From: Camelus ferus | Taxonomy: Eukaryota | Direction: 5' to 3' | Length of the DNA stretch: 64,000 bases | Assembly: GCF_009834535.1 (NCBI RefSeq) | Contig: NC_045696.1 | Location: 48,548,001 to 48,612,000, forward strand | In this document: piece by piece, positions 12,525-26,160 of the stretch | Position numbering within the stretch: position 1 is the stretch's first letter | How the letters are laid out: every line of letters begins with the position of its first letter | Translations under genes and position numbers: made by a program | The notes under the pieces: generated by a model | What the model saw: the letters and a program-made list of their open reading frames with translations, nothing else | Told to the model about the DNA's origin: nothing | Database searches by the model: none

Positions 12525-13790
12525 TCTGTATTAGATAGGAAACAGATTAACATGCTGTAAGAAAGGCACCTAGAATATAGATAAAGTAAAATTAAACTTT
12601 CTTGCTCTCTCACATAACAGTCTAGAGATGATTGGCCTCGTAAGCTGTTAGGTTTTTGTTTTTTTCTTTTTTCCCCCCACAGCAACCAGTTTTCCAATTA
12701 TCTGACACCAACCAGGTGACCTACAGTCTGATTCAGTTCTGACACTAACTAACTGGAGTTAGTATCAGACCCCATAGATGAAGGGCTCAGTCCTACAAGA
12801 CTACCCTCACTTCAGAGGCCAGGCTCAAGTATCAGGTCCCAGGTTACCCCCATTTCTGTTTGACATAGCTACAAATTTGGGGATTCCCGAAACCTCTCCC
12901 ACAGGTTCGATAATTTGCTGGAGTTCCTCACAAAACTGAAAAAGGCTATACTTACTACTATGGTTTATTATAAAGGCTACAAATGAATATCCAGATGAAG
13001 AAGTACATAGGGTGAGGTCCATAAGGGTCCTGAGTACAGGAACCACTGTTCCCACCGACTTGTGATGTGCTGCCCTTCTGGCACATGGGTATGTTTTCAA
13101 ACCAGGCAGCACCCTGAACCCCACAATTTAAGGATTTTGTGAAGGTTCCATTAACTAGGCACGGTTGATTAAATCATTGGCCACTGGTTATTAATTCAAT
13201 CTCCAGCCCCTATCCCTTCCCTGGAGGCTGAGGAGTGGGACCAAACGTTCTAAGCTTCTAATTAAGGCTTGGTCTTTCTGGTGACCATCCCCTATCCTAA
13301 GCTATCTAGGGGCCTGCCAGGAGTCACCTCACTGGAACAAAAGACACTCTTACCACTTCACTCATCACTCAGCAAATTCCATGGGTTTTAGACGCTCTAC
13401 GCCAGAAACCAAGGACAAAGACCAAATACATTTCTTATTGTAGTGCAGCTGCAAATGGTCTGTCTGTTCCATGAAGTTATTCAGGTACCCCAATTACTTC
13501 TGTCTTACTTCTCCGGTTGCTCTTGGCTACATAGTTGAAGCTGGGTTGCCACTACCAAAACTTAACAGCTGACAGGAAAGGGCAAGAGAGGATATAGGAG
13601 ATAAGATTGCTTTTCATCTTGTGAAATGGAAGTAACATATATCATGACAGCTCACATTCTACTGGGAAGTCATCTCACTACAAAAACAACTAGGAAATGT
13701 AGTCTCAAGCAGGGTTGCATGTGCCCTTCTAGTAAAGTTATTATAAGAAGGAGGGAACCAATCTTAGAAGACAAATAGCAGTATGACTCA
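12525..13790 (-). mobile_element. Old MaLR LTR (MLT1J/K-like), split by MER21
   Basis: tgtattagatagg…gctgtaagaaa…ctctcacataacagtctagag lies to the left and gctcacattctactgg…aactaggaaatgtagtct to the right of the MER21. Confidence 0.55.
12646..13447 (-). mobile_element. MER21-family LTR
   Basis: Characteristic blocks: ttctgacactaactaactggagttag…gggctcagtcctacaagact…ttgattaaatcattggccactgg…aaattccatgggttttag…gacaaagaccaaatacatttcttat. Confidence 0.8.
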
Positions 13791-13867
13791 AGTTCCTATT
13801 TTGAAATTATTTTTACAGCCCAAAGCACTTTATTTTGATGGTCAGTTGGCTTTTCAGAGGCAAATTC

Positions 13868-14100
13868 TGTGCAGTGTCTATGAATATAGGTTCTGGAACC
13901 AGTTCAAACTGAGCTCTAGTTGTTGCTGGGTATGTGGCCTTGGACAAGTTACTTAATCTTTCTAGATTTTTGTTTTCTTATCTGTAAAATGGATATGATG
14001 ATAATACTCACTTTTTACCTTGAGGAGTAAATAAGTTAATTCAAGAGGAAAGCTTAGTGTGTATCTGGCACAGTGTGAGCTCAGTATCAGTGTCACTGTT
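13868..14100 (+). mobile_element. MIR SINE
   Basis: Core: gccttggacaagttacttaatctttct…ttcttatctgtaaaatggat…tggcacag. Confidence 0.7.
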
Positions 14101-15053
14101 TATTCTGTCTATTCCTACAGGTGTTCACACTTATTTTTCTCCTTGTGGATATAAAGAAATATTTATTGAATGAAAGAACAACCTAAGTAGCTGATAAGTA
14201 TGCTCTCTATATTAAACAACCCCAGAAATAAATATTTTTAATATCCTGTGTTCAGTGTTCATAAATTTCAACCTTTGTTCTCACTTTGAGACTCTCACTT
14301 ATTACTTTTTATACTAGCACTTTGTCTTCCTCTAGAAGCCTTCTCATTCCGATTTACTGGTTATTGTATCTGTAAGTTTTTCCACCACGTAATTGAACTT
14401 ATTAAGGCTACATGTGAAATAGAATTAAATAGACTCTGGGAGACCATCTAGGAGACATTTTTATGACATAAAGTAAGCATACATTTCAGTGCCTCATCCT
14501 TGAGAATCTTTTGTTATTATTCAAGTATATTTTTATGTTCTGTGTTGATAGATAGCGTCAGCAAATAAGCATCTGTAGAGAAGTAAGCTATGAAGTTTGA
14601 TATACTCATACACATAGAGACAATTACCAAAAGCCCAATAAAGTCTTGAGATATGAAGTATAAAAAGAATTTTAAAAAACAATTAAGTATTACACCATGT
14701 CGAATGAAAATGTATTTTACTCTGAAAAAAAAAAAAACACAAAGCAAACAGAAACATCATCAGACTGGTAAAGATATGCATGGTAAAGTCATCCTCTAGT
14801 CTATAGACGGCAAGAAATTAGGGCATGCACTAACAGACACCTTTCTACTTCCTCTGATGCTCGCTGAGTATAAACAGTATCTCTCCTTCTATGTTTGTTT
14901 GTTTTTTTTTTAAATCTTCTATTCTTTATTTTGGCCAGGACTAATCCATTTTTTATCCTTTATTCTGCTTTATTGCAATTGGGAAACAAAACACTAATAC
15001 TGACTCTGTTAGGGGAGACGAAGTTTTAGAAGCAACTAAAATTGAAGTGCACT

Positions 15054-15057
<4 letters not shown>

Positions 15058-15100
<43 letters not shown>
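15058..15100. repeat. (TG)n microsatellite
   Basis: Pure TG run of about 21 units. Confidence 0.95.
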
Positions 15101-15101
<1 letters not shown>

Positions 15102-15829
15102 TTTGATATTGCAGTCATAGTTGTTGCCTGCCCAGCATCCAGCATCTCCCAGACATCCACAAATCAGAGATCCTGGTTATTGAACCTGAACAATTATATG
15201 ACAGTTGAGTAATGAAACTATAAGTTGTCTTAATTGCTGCTTTTTCTAACTTGTTGAGATAACTATAAATAAAAGACAGTAGCCCTGATTGGATAATATA
15301 AAGCCATATCTTTCTTCAGTCTTTTTTGGTGGAAGTCAGTGTATCTGAGTATGAAAATGTGAAGCATTTTAGGATGGGAAAAAAAGGGTGGAACAGCCTG
15401 TCACCCCTATGCCATTCATTTTACTCCATTTTCCTCCCAAAAGACACCTCCAGTCATTACACAGGAGCGACTCCTTAGATGGTGATTGAATTCTAAACAC
15501 TCATCACACACAGGAACAGTCTGCAGATGTAAGGATATCACATTTCTAACTTGATTTCTATGTGTGGCTGAATAATCTTAGCAAAGGGCCACTGGAGCCT
15601 GCCTATCCTTTAGTAAAATCTTTGACATTGTAATTAACAACATCATGATAATAAAAAACATTCAGAGATCTTAATACCCATAGTCATCTTTTTTTCTACC
15701 TGCCAGTAAAGGACATAGTTTTGTCCCTTGGTCCCCTTCAAAGATTTTCTTCCTTGCCTTTATGCAATGCGAAGTCCCCTTCCTTCTCTCACTACTGCTG
15801 TTACGTAGTAGAGAAATGACACAGAGGTG

Positions 15830-16125
15830 TTGGTCTGTGACGTTTAAAACTAGAGCCAGGAGACAAACTATGGCATATAGTGCACAAAACAAAAAGGGCA
15901 GTCCGTTGGGCCTCAGCAGTATTTGCCGCCTGTGGACAAGGAGCTGGCATTCCCTACACCTCCGGGAGTGGCCGGAGGAAGAACAAGTACCCCGTATCCG
16001 CCGGGTTCGTGTTGAGGTTCCCACCACATACCACACACTGCGCTTCTTTATTATGGCTGCTAATTAACCAGCCACAACTGTAAAAAGGGACCAATAGAAT
16101 TAGGGAAAAATAAACCTTGAGTCAT
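15830..16125. promoter_or_regulatory. Candidate enhancer (CpG-enriched patch, tandem RUNX motifs, AP-1)
   Basis: About 9 CpG in 15900-16045; ACCACA twice (ccaccacataccacac); TGAGTCA at ~16118; unique sequence. Confidence 0.35.
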
Positions 16126-16898
16126 AAAAGCATGCAGTAATTTTCTTCCTTTTCATAGACTCTTAGGCAAAGACAGTTCTTAACAGATGTAGTTTCTTGA
16201 AATAAAAAGAAGTACTAATGAAATTTTAAAAAATCAGATTTTAATGTTCTGTACTCACTTTAGTTAACAAACTTTCATATGGAGTAATTTATTATTGTAT
16301 GTATCATTGAAATGTTTAAAAAAGATAAATCAATTTCTCGCTCTTTTCTCTCTACATATCTACTTCTGTACCTCTGTATCTCTATCTCTGTCTCTATCTC
16401 CAGCCACAGCCGGTGTGCACTGTGCATCCTGACTACGCCTTCAGCCACTTACAGTGCCACACCCCAGAGCATGGGATGCAATCATTTTAATTTATTCTAC
16501 TCTAAACTCTTTTGCATTTATTTTGTGTTCTCATGAGTAGTTTTGGACTCAACTAAGACATGCCAGTGATAGATACCTCTCAAAGGAAACAAAAGGAAAG
16601 TACCATGTGAGCTCAAGACTTGAAGCAACTTCAAGGAGAGCGTCAAGGAAGCAGAGTGTGGATGAGAGTGTGAAAGTCAGGGCTGACATTATGAAGGACA
16701 TCATAACAATCTTGGGGAGGGGAGGACTGACCCACAATACATGAGCTGGAGCTGGAAGACACTAAGCCTGAGGCAAAATCACAACTTCAAGGAATATGAG
16801 AACCACAGGTATCACTACTCTGAAATTCAAGAAGGCAAATCCTTAAGATCTTTGAACTAAAAAATCTGAATTTGTGCTCACCCAAGTCAATATGTTCC

Positions 16899-17262
16899 TG
16901 TATTAGTCTACCAGGGCTGCTATAACAAAATGTCATAAACTAGGTGGTTTAAACAACAGAAATTTATTTACTCTCAGTTCTGGAGGCTAGAAGTCTGACA
17001 CCTGCGTTCCAGCATTGTTGGGTTCTGGTGAGGACTATCTTCCTGATTTGCAAACAAACTCCTTTTCACTGTGTCCTTTCTTCACAGAGGCAGAGTGAGC
17101 TTTCTGCTGTCTCTTCCTAGGACACTAATTCTATCAGGGCCCCATCCCTATGACCTTATTTAATGTTAATTACTTCCTTACAACAAATACTGTCATATTG
17201 AAGGTTAGCGCTTCAACATATGAATTTGGGGGGTAGGGGTGGGGCACAGTTCAGTCCCTTTC
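16899..17262 (-). mobile_element. MLT1A-type MaLR LTR
   Basis: tgtattagtc…gggctgctataacaaa…aacaacagaaatttattt…ttctggaggctagaagtc…ttcaacatatgaatttgggggg…ttcagtcc. Confidence 0.85.
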
Positions 17263-17444
17263 TGGAAATTTTTCTTGCACTCTCTGACAATATGTGTATA
17301 TGCAACTGAACTAACAGATTCTTTATTTTGAATAACCAGACAGTCAAGAGTACAATAAGCAGAAACAAAATCCAGACTTTCCTTATCTACACATAGCTGG
17401 CAATGTTCAGTTGAGGTTTTTTCCCATTTCATCACTTTGAAATG

Positions 17445-17662
17445 ACTTTTCTCCCTCTATCTTACATCTTTTAAAGTCCTTTGTGATTATATTGGATGCA
17501 CTCAGATAATTGGGGGGAAAATCTCCCAATTTAAAGTCATCTGATTAGAAACCTTAATTTCACCTTAACTTCCTTATCCATGTAACATAACACTGTCACA
17601 GGTTCCAGGGATTAGAATGTAGACGTCTTTGGGAGACCATCTTCTTCTTTTTAGCCTACCAC
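17445..17662 (-). mobile_element. MLT1C/D-type LTR fragment
   Basis: ccttaatttc…catgtaacataacactgtcacaggttccagggattagaatgtagacgtctttggg…gcctaccaca. Confidence 0.7.
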
Positions 17663-19319
17663 AATAGTCGTATAACTATATTAGAACACATAATTTCTTG
17701 TACCTGTAATCTAACAAGGTAAAGGACAAGTAAATTAAATCATTAAGTTTGGAACTGGGATTTGACCTAAATAGGGCTATTCTCCTGGGCATTTTAATTT
17801 CTGGCTTCCTAAAAATGGACCTTTTAAAATTAGGTAATACTCAGATCCGATTATGGATGTAAATTAAAACACATTTAATCAATGGCACACAACTCAATTG
17901 TCTTCCAGTTCTCTTTAGTGTTCAGTCAGCTGGCACTTGCAAGTTTTCAAACAGTTTAATAAAGAGAAACATACCTACTTTGCTATAGGGAATATACTGA
18001 ATTTGAAATTATGCTTTAATTTATTCCAGTTTCAAACTGTGACAAATTTTAGGAAGTAAATATGAGCAAAGAAATACCCACATTTTTAAACAATGGATTT
18101 GGAAATATGAAACTGTTTCTATCACCATCAATGCAATATATCAGTTTTACAAATAATTAGTATTTCACTTATGTTTTGTACAGAATATAGGAAAATGCCG
18201 TAATGTTAATTTGATGATCTTGGAAAATGCTCAAATATTAAGTTACTCAAAATAATAATACACTCTTTCCAAATAATATGCAAGCATATATCTTCTTTAA
18301 TGAAGATATTTACTAAGTGTTTATTATATGCAACATTTGGAAGACTATAAAAATTTATAATTTACATATCTGTATAAGAGAGAATAAAACAAAATTATAT
18401 AAAATATTACCTTTATATCACCATATATCTTACTTTGAAACAATTAATATAAAACAGAACTTTTTAAAAAATTTTTTGTTGACAATGCAATTTGGTTAAT
18501 TATGCTAGAGTCTCTTTAAGAGAACATAATACGGTAGTGGAAAAACTTGGTTTTTGTTTCAGTTATTTTAGTTGAATGAATATAACTGATTTGTTCCTTT
18601 GGCTTCTGTACACACTCACAGTGATCAAAAGTCAGAGTAAAAAATTAAAGCACAAAAAGAGTCAGTACATGCTTGCTATGTACACACACTGCGCACAGCT
18701 TGTTCTTTTTATGTTTAAAAAAATCAAGATAACAAAGCCATGTTGTGCAGATATTTCATATTTTGTCCCACATACAAATGCTAAATAAACACTTGCTAAA
18801 TGAATGAGTAAACAGTTCTCCTCAATGAATTTATTCAATGTATGAAGGTCTTTAAGTTTGCAAAGAAGAGACAGCCTCGGATAGTTTCAATATTGGAATT
18901 TATTGAAAAATTACATGGGAGTTTAGGAATAGAAGATTTCATCTTTTAACTATATAGTCAGTCTGGGTTCTAGGGTATCTAACCCTGGATACAGCAAAGC
19001 TTCCATGGAGTACTAGATGATTATCTCAAAACCTCATAAGGTATGTCCTGACTTCTATTAACTAAAGTTTTTCTTTACTTCTTTAATATTTATGATGGAA
19101 AATTTTAATACACAAAACTAGTTCAGTGACCCTGCACTTCATCACACAGCTACAGGAGTCACCAACTCATTACCGCTCTTGCATCGTTTCTCTTTTAGCC
19201 CCACTGGCCCTTACCTCGCTGGATCATTTTGAAGCAAATCCCAGACATCATGTCATTCCATCTCTATACATCTATAGATGTGTCATAGTTTTAAGTTGGC
19301 AGGTTGGATGGATTTTTTG

Positions 19320-22300
19320 AAAGTGCCTAGTTAAATCAATACTTTGCTCATTTTTTTCACTGGGTTGTCTTTTATTAAATTATAGGACTACATCGTATAC
19401 TGTATGTATGAGTCCTTTGCTTTTATGTGTTTGTCTGTATATTTAAACAATATCTTCTCCCGCCATGTGTCACTTGAGTTTCTTTATGGTGTATTTTGAT
19501 AAATAGAATTTCTCATTTTTGTTGTAGTTCATCTTACCAATTTTTGACCTTTATATATTTAGTGATTTTTCTGCCCAGCAGAAGAAAGTTTTGCCTACAC
19601 CAAAGACATGGGTATTTAACTGTATGTTGCTATGGTCTGAATGTTTGTGTTCCCCCGAAAATTTGTATGTTCAAATCCTGATGCTCCATATGATGCTCTT
19701 AAAAGGTGAGATGTTTGAGAAGTGTATAGGTCATGAGCATGGAGCTCACATGAATGAGATTAGTGCTCATGTAAAGGAGACCCCACAGGGCTCCCTACTC
19801 CTTTCCACCATGCACGGACACAATGAAAGTCAGCAGTCTGTGACCTTGGAAGAGGGCCATTACCGTAACCTGACTGTGCTTACACCCTAATCCAGCACTT
19901 TCAACCTCCAGAACTGTGAGAAATAAATTTCTGTTGCTTATAAGCTTTCCAGTCTGTGATATTTTGTTATACTAGTCCAAGCAGACTATGACATATGTTA
20001 CTTTTTAGAAACTTCATTTTTTAACTTTCACATTTGTCTTCAATCTAACCGAAATGTGTATCTGTGTAATATGAGAGATAAGGGCCAAGTGTAACTTTTT
20101 ATTTGAACATTTAATTGTTCCCACGACGTCTATTGAATGTGATATCCTTCTTCACAAAGTAATGGTGCCATTGTCATTTATTAGGTGACTGTATGTATGT
20201 AGCACATCAGTGCTACAATATTTAAATTACTGCAGCTTGATATCTAAAATTGCAAGTTCTCTAGAAATTTTCTACTTTGGGCTTGGTTCTTTGGTTTCAT
20301 ATATGTATGTGTGTGTGTGTGTGTGTGTATATATACATATGTCAGAGTATACTTTTCAAATTCCACCAAAAATTAAAAAGCAAAAGATTGCTGATCTTTT
20401 GATTGTTATTGAAACTATGTATCAGCTTTAAAAAGATATCTTTACAGTAATGAGTCTTCTAATCCAGCAACATATCTCTCCAATTATTGAATTATTCTTA
20501 ATAATGTTTTGTACTATTTCAGTAGAGATCTCCTCAGAAGAAATTTAACATCACTCATTAGTTTACCCCGTACTATTTTTGATCATTTGATTTCTTTGTA
20601 AATAATGTGATTTTTAAATTTTATTTTCTATTTGCTGTTGGTAGATAGAAATACAATTGACATTTGAGTATTAACGCTGTACCTTGTAACTTTGCTAAAT
20701 TTATTTATTAATTCTAATATTTATCTGTGGACTCTTTTGAATTTTCTGTTTTACAAATAATGATAATTTAATTTTTTCCTCCAAAGCCATATACCTTTTA
20801 TTTTTTTTCCTTCCTTTATTGCATTGGTTATAATGTCCAGCATGGAATTGAATAAAAGTAGTACTAGCATCTTGATCTTACTCCCAATCTCAGTAAGAAA
20901 GCTCTCAGTATCCAATATTAAGTGTGATTGTGTTGAAGGCTTTTGTAGATATTTATCAGATTAAATAATTACTCTACTCCTGGTTTTATTATGAATGGAT
21001 TATTCACATGATCAATGATGATCATCCTTCTTTCTAGTAATGTGGTGAACTGCATTTCTTTTCCAGTGTTGAGCCAACTTAGCATTCCTGAAATAAACAC
21101 AACTTGGTCAGAGTATAATCATTTTTTATAATAAAGGATGTGGTTCCCTAATAGTTTATTTATAATCCTTGCTCTATATTTATAATACCAATTATCTAGT
21201 AATAATTTTTTTCTTTACATTTTAGAGATCTTTTGAACTTTTAATATCAAGTTTATACTGCCTTCATAGAATGATTGGAAAGCATTCCTTCCATCTTTAT
21301 TCCTTGGATCATTTTGTATAATATGGGGTTTTTTTTGAACATTAGGAGAAGTATCTAAGCCTTAAGTTTTCTCTGTGGAAAGATCTAGAATTAAGGATCA
21401 AATTACTTTATAAGATTATTTAGATTTTCTATTTCTATTGGATTCAGTTTTGCTAAGTTGTATTTTCCTATTTCATCTCCATTTTCAAATTTACTGGCAC
21501 AAAACTTGTTTATAATATCTGTTTATTAATATTTTACTAAGTTTAAGATATCTTACTTGATGTTGCCTTTTTCACTGCTGATACTAGAAATGTATTCCTT
21601 CTTTTTTATTTATTACTGATCAGTCTAAATAGATCTGAATTTTTATTAGTATTGTCAAAAGACCCAGATTTGGTGTTGTTTTCTTCTTACACATTTCTTT
21701 CTATTTAGTTTTCTATTTTCTATTTAATTCATACCTGTTCTTTATATTTTTATTATCTGTATTTTACTCTCTCTGGGTTTAGTTTGCTGTTCCTTTGTTA
21801 TTTCCTTGAGATGGAATTTTAGGTCAAGTGTCAGACTTTTTTCTTTCCCAATCTATGCACTTGGTATTATAGATTTCACTTTAAGTATATCTTTCACTAT
21901 ATCCCATAGGTTTTCACATTTTTTTCATTATCACATTCATTTCAAATTAAAAGTAATTTCCTGTGTGCTATCAACTTTCGATTATGATTTATTTTAAAAT
22001 AATACTGTTTCATTTTCAAAAGTTGGGTATTGTTTAGGCTCTTTTAAAATTTAAATTGATTTCTAGTGTAATTCCTGTCTGGTCAAAGAAAATGTTTGAA
22101 TTTTAAGATTTAGAAAATTTGGGGACCTTACTTTAGGGCTTAACATATTATTTTGGTAACTATTGCAGGTACAGCTAAAGAAACTTTATTTGGTCATTGT
22201 TGGGTTTAGCGTTCTTTATAAGACAAGGTTAATTTTATTAATCTAGTTAAGATCTTCTATAGCTTTTCTAGTATTGTTGTTTGTATATACACCATCAGCT

Positions 22301-22900
22301 ATGAAGAAAGGTTTGTTTTAAAGTCTCATATGCAACATAGATCTTCCATTTCTTCTTTTAGTTCTGTACATTTTTGCTTCATGTACTTTGAAGCTCTGAT
22401 ATTGGGAACATGTATTGCACATTGTGATATCTTTCTTTTTGGGTTGACCCTTTTATTATCATAAAATGTATCTTTACATTTATTGTTAGTCTTCTGAATT
22501 TAAACTCAACTTTGGTTTTGGTACAGCTTTACCAGTTTTATTTTGCTTAGTGTGTGTATGCTATATCTTTTTCTGTACTTCTAATTCCAACTATTCTTAT
22601 ATTTAAGGTGTTTTACATTTATATTTTGTATGTTCTTATATTTAAGATGTGTCTCTTGTGAGCAGCATATTGTTGGATTTTTTATGAAATTATTGATGGT
22701 GTTTTGGGTTAGATTTGCAGTCTCATGATTTGTTTTCTGTTTGCCTCGTCTGTCTTATATTCCCCTTTACTCTTCATTTTGCCTGCTTTTGAACTGAACT
22801 ATTTTTGTTATGTGACTTTTCCCTTTAAAGAGAAAAGTTAAAGAGAAAATAAAAGTGTTACTTACACACTCCTTTACTATGCTGATTATTGTGTAAAATA
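19320..22900 (-). mobile_element. Ancient L1M (ORF2 region), degraded
   Basis: Long T-rich antisense L1 sequence (tagaaatacaattgac…taactttgctaaattt; gagccaacttagcattcctgaaataaac; tttttgcttcatgtactttgaagctctgatattggg). No intact frame. Confidence 0.75.
19628..19993 (+). mobile_element. Full-length MLT1A/MLT1A0 solo LTR with 5-bp TSD
   Basis: Starts tgctatggtctgaatgtttgtgt and ends …cctccagaactgtgagaaataaatttctgttg…gactatgaca. TATGT flanks both sides (19623-19627, 19994-19998). Confidence 0.9.
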
Positions 22901-23589
22901 TAAAAGGTATTTTTGAGTCAGTATAATTATAATTATAAAATCTAATATGAAATAAATTAAACATATTTAAATGAATATAAAATATAAAGTCTAATACAAA
23001 ATATTACTTTTCCCACTTTCATTAAAATATTCAACTGTTAAGTTTCTGTAGGTTGCTTCACTCTTTCATCAAAGCAAAACTATGTTCTCTTCACTAGAGA
23101 GTCCACTTCAGTTAAGAATTTTGAACCCTGTGTTGTCATTTAATATATTCTGCTATTCCCTATGTTAATTTTCAGTTAGTAATTGGATCTAGAGGCTTCG
23201 TGTACTACAGTCTTTATATTTCTTTACCATGTACACTTCATAAATGGTGGTGTGAATTTCCATTAGATAGTATATAATGTCTAATCATCTCTCTTTAATG
23301 ATGAGTCATAATGAGTGGCCTCTGAAGTAATTTCAGACATGCTAATGTATAGAAAATCTTAAAAAAAAAGATTTAAAAAATATGACATTATAAAATCCCA
23401 TATATAAAAATTAATAACCTTCACATATACATGCAAATATCAATTTGATCATTTAATGGAGGAAAAGATAGCCTTGCTATAGCAATGAATAAGTGGATAG
23501 AAAAATAAGTAGATATAAAATACATACATGAAATTTAACAAAATATAAGTTTTTTTCTGGCTGTTTATACGAGTTTGTTTTTCCAACTT

Positions 23590-24120
23590 TCCAACATAAA
23601 AGTTGACTGGAATAAATGGAAATGACATATTGCATTCTTGATTAAGGAATCTCAGTGTTATAAAGATACCAATATCCATATGATAAACTGCAAAATTAAA
23701 GCAATTGCAGTATAAACACCATCAGTTTCTCCCTTCCCTTTTGCCTCCCTAAACCTAATAAATTGGTTGTAAAGTTTTCTTGGAAAAACAAACTAGCATG
23801 AATAGCCAGGAAAAAAAAAAACTGAAAAATAAAAGCAATAGTATGTGAGGCTGTGGGGAGTGAGCGGTGGTTGTCTCTGCAGAGATATTAGAACATATTG
23901 TAAAACTGCTCCAAATAAAACAGAGTTGCACTGGTTCATGAATTGAAAGGTAAATTAATAGAGCAGAAAAAAGCCCATTTGCATATGGACCTTTAATATT
24001 TGGTTTAGATTGGACCTCAAATTTGGGGGGAAAAGATGGAGGTCTCAATAAACAGTATTACTCCAACTAAATAGTTTTGTGGAAAACAATGAAATTGAAA
24101 CCTGATCATAAATCACCTGT
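23590..24120 (+). mobile_element. Ancient L1M ORF2 fragment
   Basis: aataaatggaaatgacatattgcattcttgattaagga…ggtctcaataaacagtattact…aacaatgaaattgaaacc. Confidence 0.55.
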
Positions 24121-24282
24121 GTTTGTTTGTCTGTGTGTGTGTTTAGTGATTAAATCTGTTGGCCATCATCCAATATGTTCTACTAGATGAACTATTGTGT
24201 CCGTGACATGACCAGTCTATCTTTTGTATAATCTTATTGAGTTCGTCTAGCTCTGGTGCTGATCCCTACCTCAGTCTGTTGG

Positions 24283-24326
<44 letters not shown>
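24283..24326. repeat. (GATA)11 tetranucleotide repeat
   Basis: 11 perfect GATA units followed by (GACT)2. Confidence 0.95.
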
Positions 24327-24328
<2 letters not shown>

Positions 24329-26114
24329 CTGACTGATTTACATCCAATTATCAATTTACATGCCATCATAAAATATGTGTAAAAATATTTTTAAAGTCGC
24401 TTTCCTTAAAAGATACCTATGTTTATTATAGCCACAACAGCTTCAAGATCTTTTCTTACAGCCATACATTTTAATGAAATTAATGATTATTAATGTAGAC
24501 TATATGTAATGCACATATTCAAAGGTAGTCATATCACTTATTGTTCAAAAATATTAGTGTTTATTGTTTCAGATTTTCTGTTTCTCATCTAACTGATCTC
24601 CTCTCAAGTCACTTGCAATGACTTTCCTTTGCATAGTTCATTTGGCTTAGAATCCGATAAAGTGTTCTGATTTCTTGGTAAGCTCTTGGAATAAGTCTCT
24701 GTTGCTATGGGAAGGTATCCAAAATTTATGGATCAGTAATCTAATCCAGACTGGCAACTCCTGTGGAATGAAATGACTTTCCCTTTTACTGTGTTCACTC
24801 TCTCACATGGAGCACCTGGTCACAAGCTCTATTCATCACCTCAGTCCAGTCTTCAAAATCACCTTCACAAGCCATGTTCCTGTCTTTTATGTAGCTTCCG
24901 ATTTTCCATGCTTGTGCTGATAAATTGGATGACATGAATGATTGTGTAAATGCCATTCTGATAGTTTTTGGAGCTCAGTTGTCTTCCTTCTGTACCACAG
25001 ATTCCAGGCTTTCTGAGTAGATAAGATTCAACATAGAATGTTATTTTGTGCCACAGGAAATGGTAAGTCCCATCCCTAATACAATCATGTATATATGGAG
25101 GAGTCATTTGGGAACAAATAATGTAATGAATTCCCAAAGAGGCATAACTTCAGAAGGAATAGCATAAATGTTCTTTCAATCATTCTAAAAACATAATGAG
25201 AGAAAGGTAGAAGATGTGATAGTACCAGATAAAAACTTGGAAATTTTGAGGTCATGGAAAGATTTTTCAGGGTAATAGATACTTAAATTCTAGTCTCATC
25301 TCTTTCACTTTTGTGACTTTGAACCAATAACTTCAATTTAAGTTCCCTGTCTGTATTATTGAAAGACTGGTGCAAGTAACCATTAACAGTCTTTCAAAGT
25401 TTGACTTCAGTTAATCTGAACCTTGATACCTTGATATCTATACTTTGATACATAGATAGGACTGAATTTTCAAGCAATTAAACCTAACTACTTTGACATG
25501 AGGTACATGGGAGACTCCCTTTCAAAAAACGTCCACCTACTCGATGCTCTAGATCTGAAAATAAATTTGTGACAACTCTTTTTGATCATGAAAGCTGTTA
25601 ATTTATCAAGGGAAAGGATTTCTCAGGGCTTACCAACCTGTGAATCTAGACTTCTTAGAATAAATACTGTTCCTAGGGACTGAGTGCAAGAAAAGGACCC
25701 AAATGGAGGAGGAAAGTACTTTAAAAAGAGGAAAAAGAAACCTCCTTCTACTTTGAAATCAACCTTAACACAACTTTTTCAATAAATAGTAACCAAACTC
25801 CAGGTGAATTTCCAATAGGCATTTCCATTTGGTTCCCACGTGTATGCTAAACAGAAGCCCAGGGAAGAGAAATTCACTTGGTTGAAAGATGACCTGTGAG
25901 AGGAGGTATGGAACATTAGCCTTTTTAGATTTCTGAAATTCAGAGATAATTGTATGGTATAAAGTTCCTGCGGTGTTCAGATCAAAACCAGACATTGATA
26001 GAAAATATATATGCTGTGGTGAAGGAATATATGTGTTAATACATACAAGTATATTTTACAGAAATATAAAACAAATGGGAGAGTAATGAACAGCCTATTG
26101 TGATGTAGTATTTG

Positions 26115-26160
26115 TGTAGCCATGTATCCTGGCATTTCTGTAGCCATGTATCCTGGCATT
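26115..26160. repeat. 24-bp-period tandem duplication
   Basis: tgtagccatgtatcctggcatt at 26115-26136 and 26139-26160, identical. Confidence 0.95.

Noticed and set aside
15671..16067. Overlapping 121-aa and 101-aa ORFs
   Set aside because: No recognisable homology or convincing splice boundaries; explained by local GC richness.
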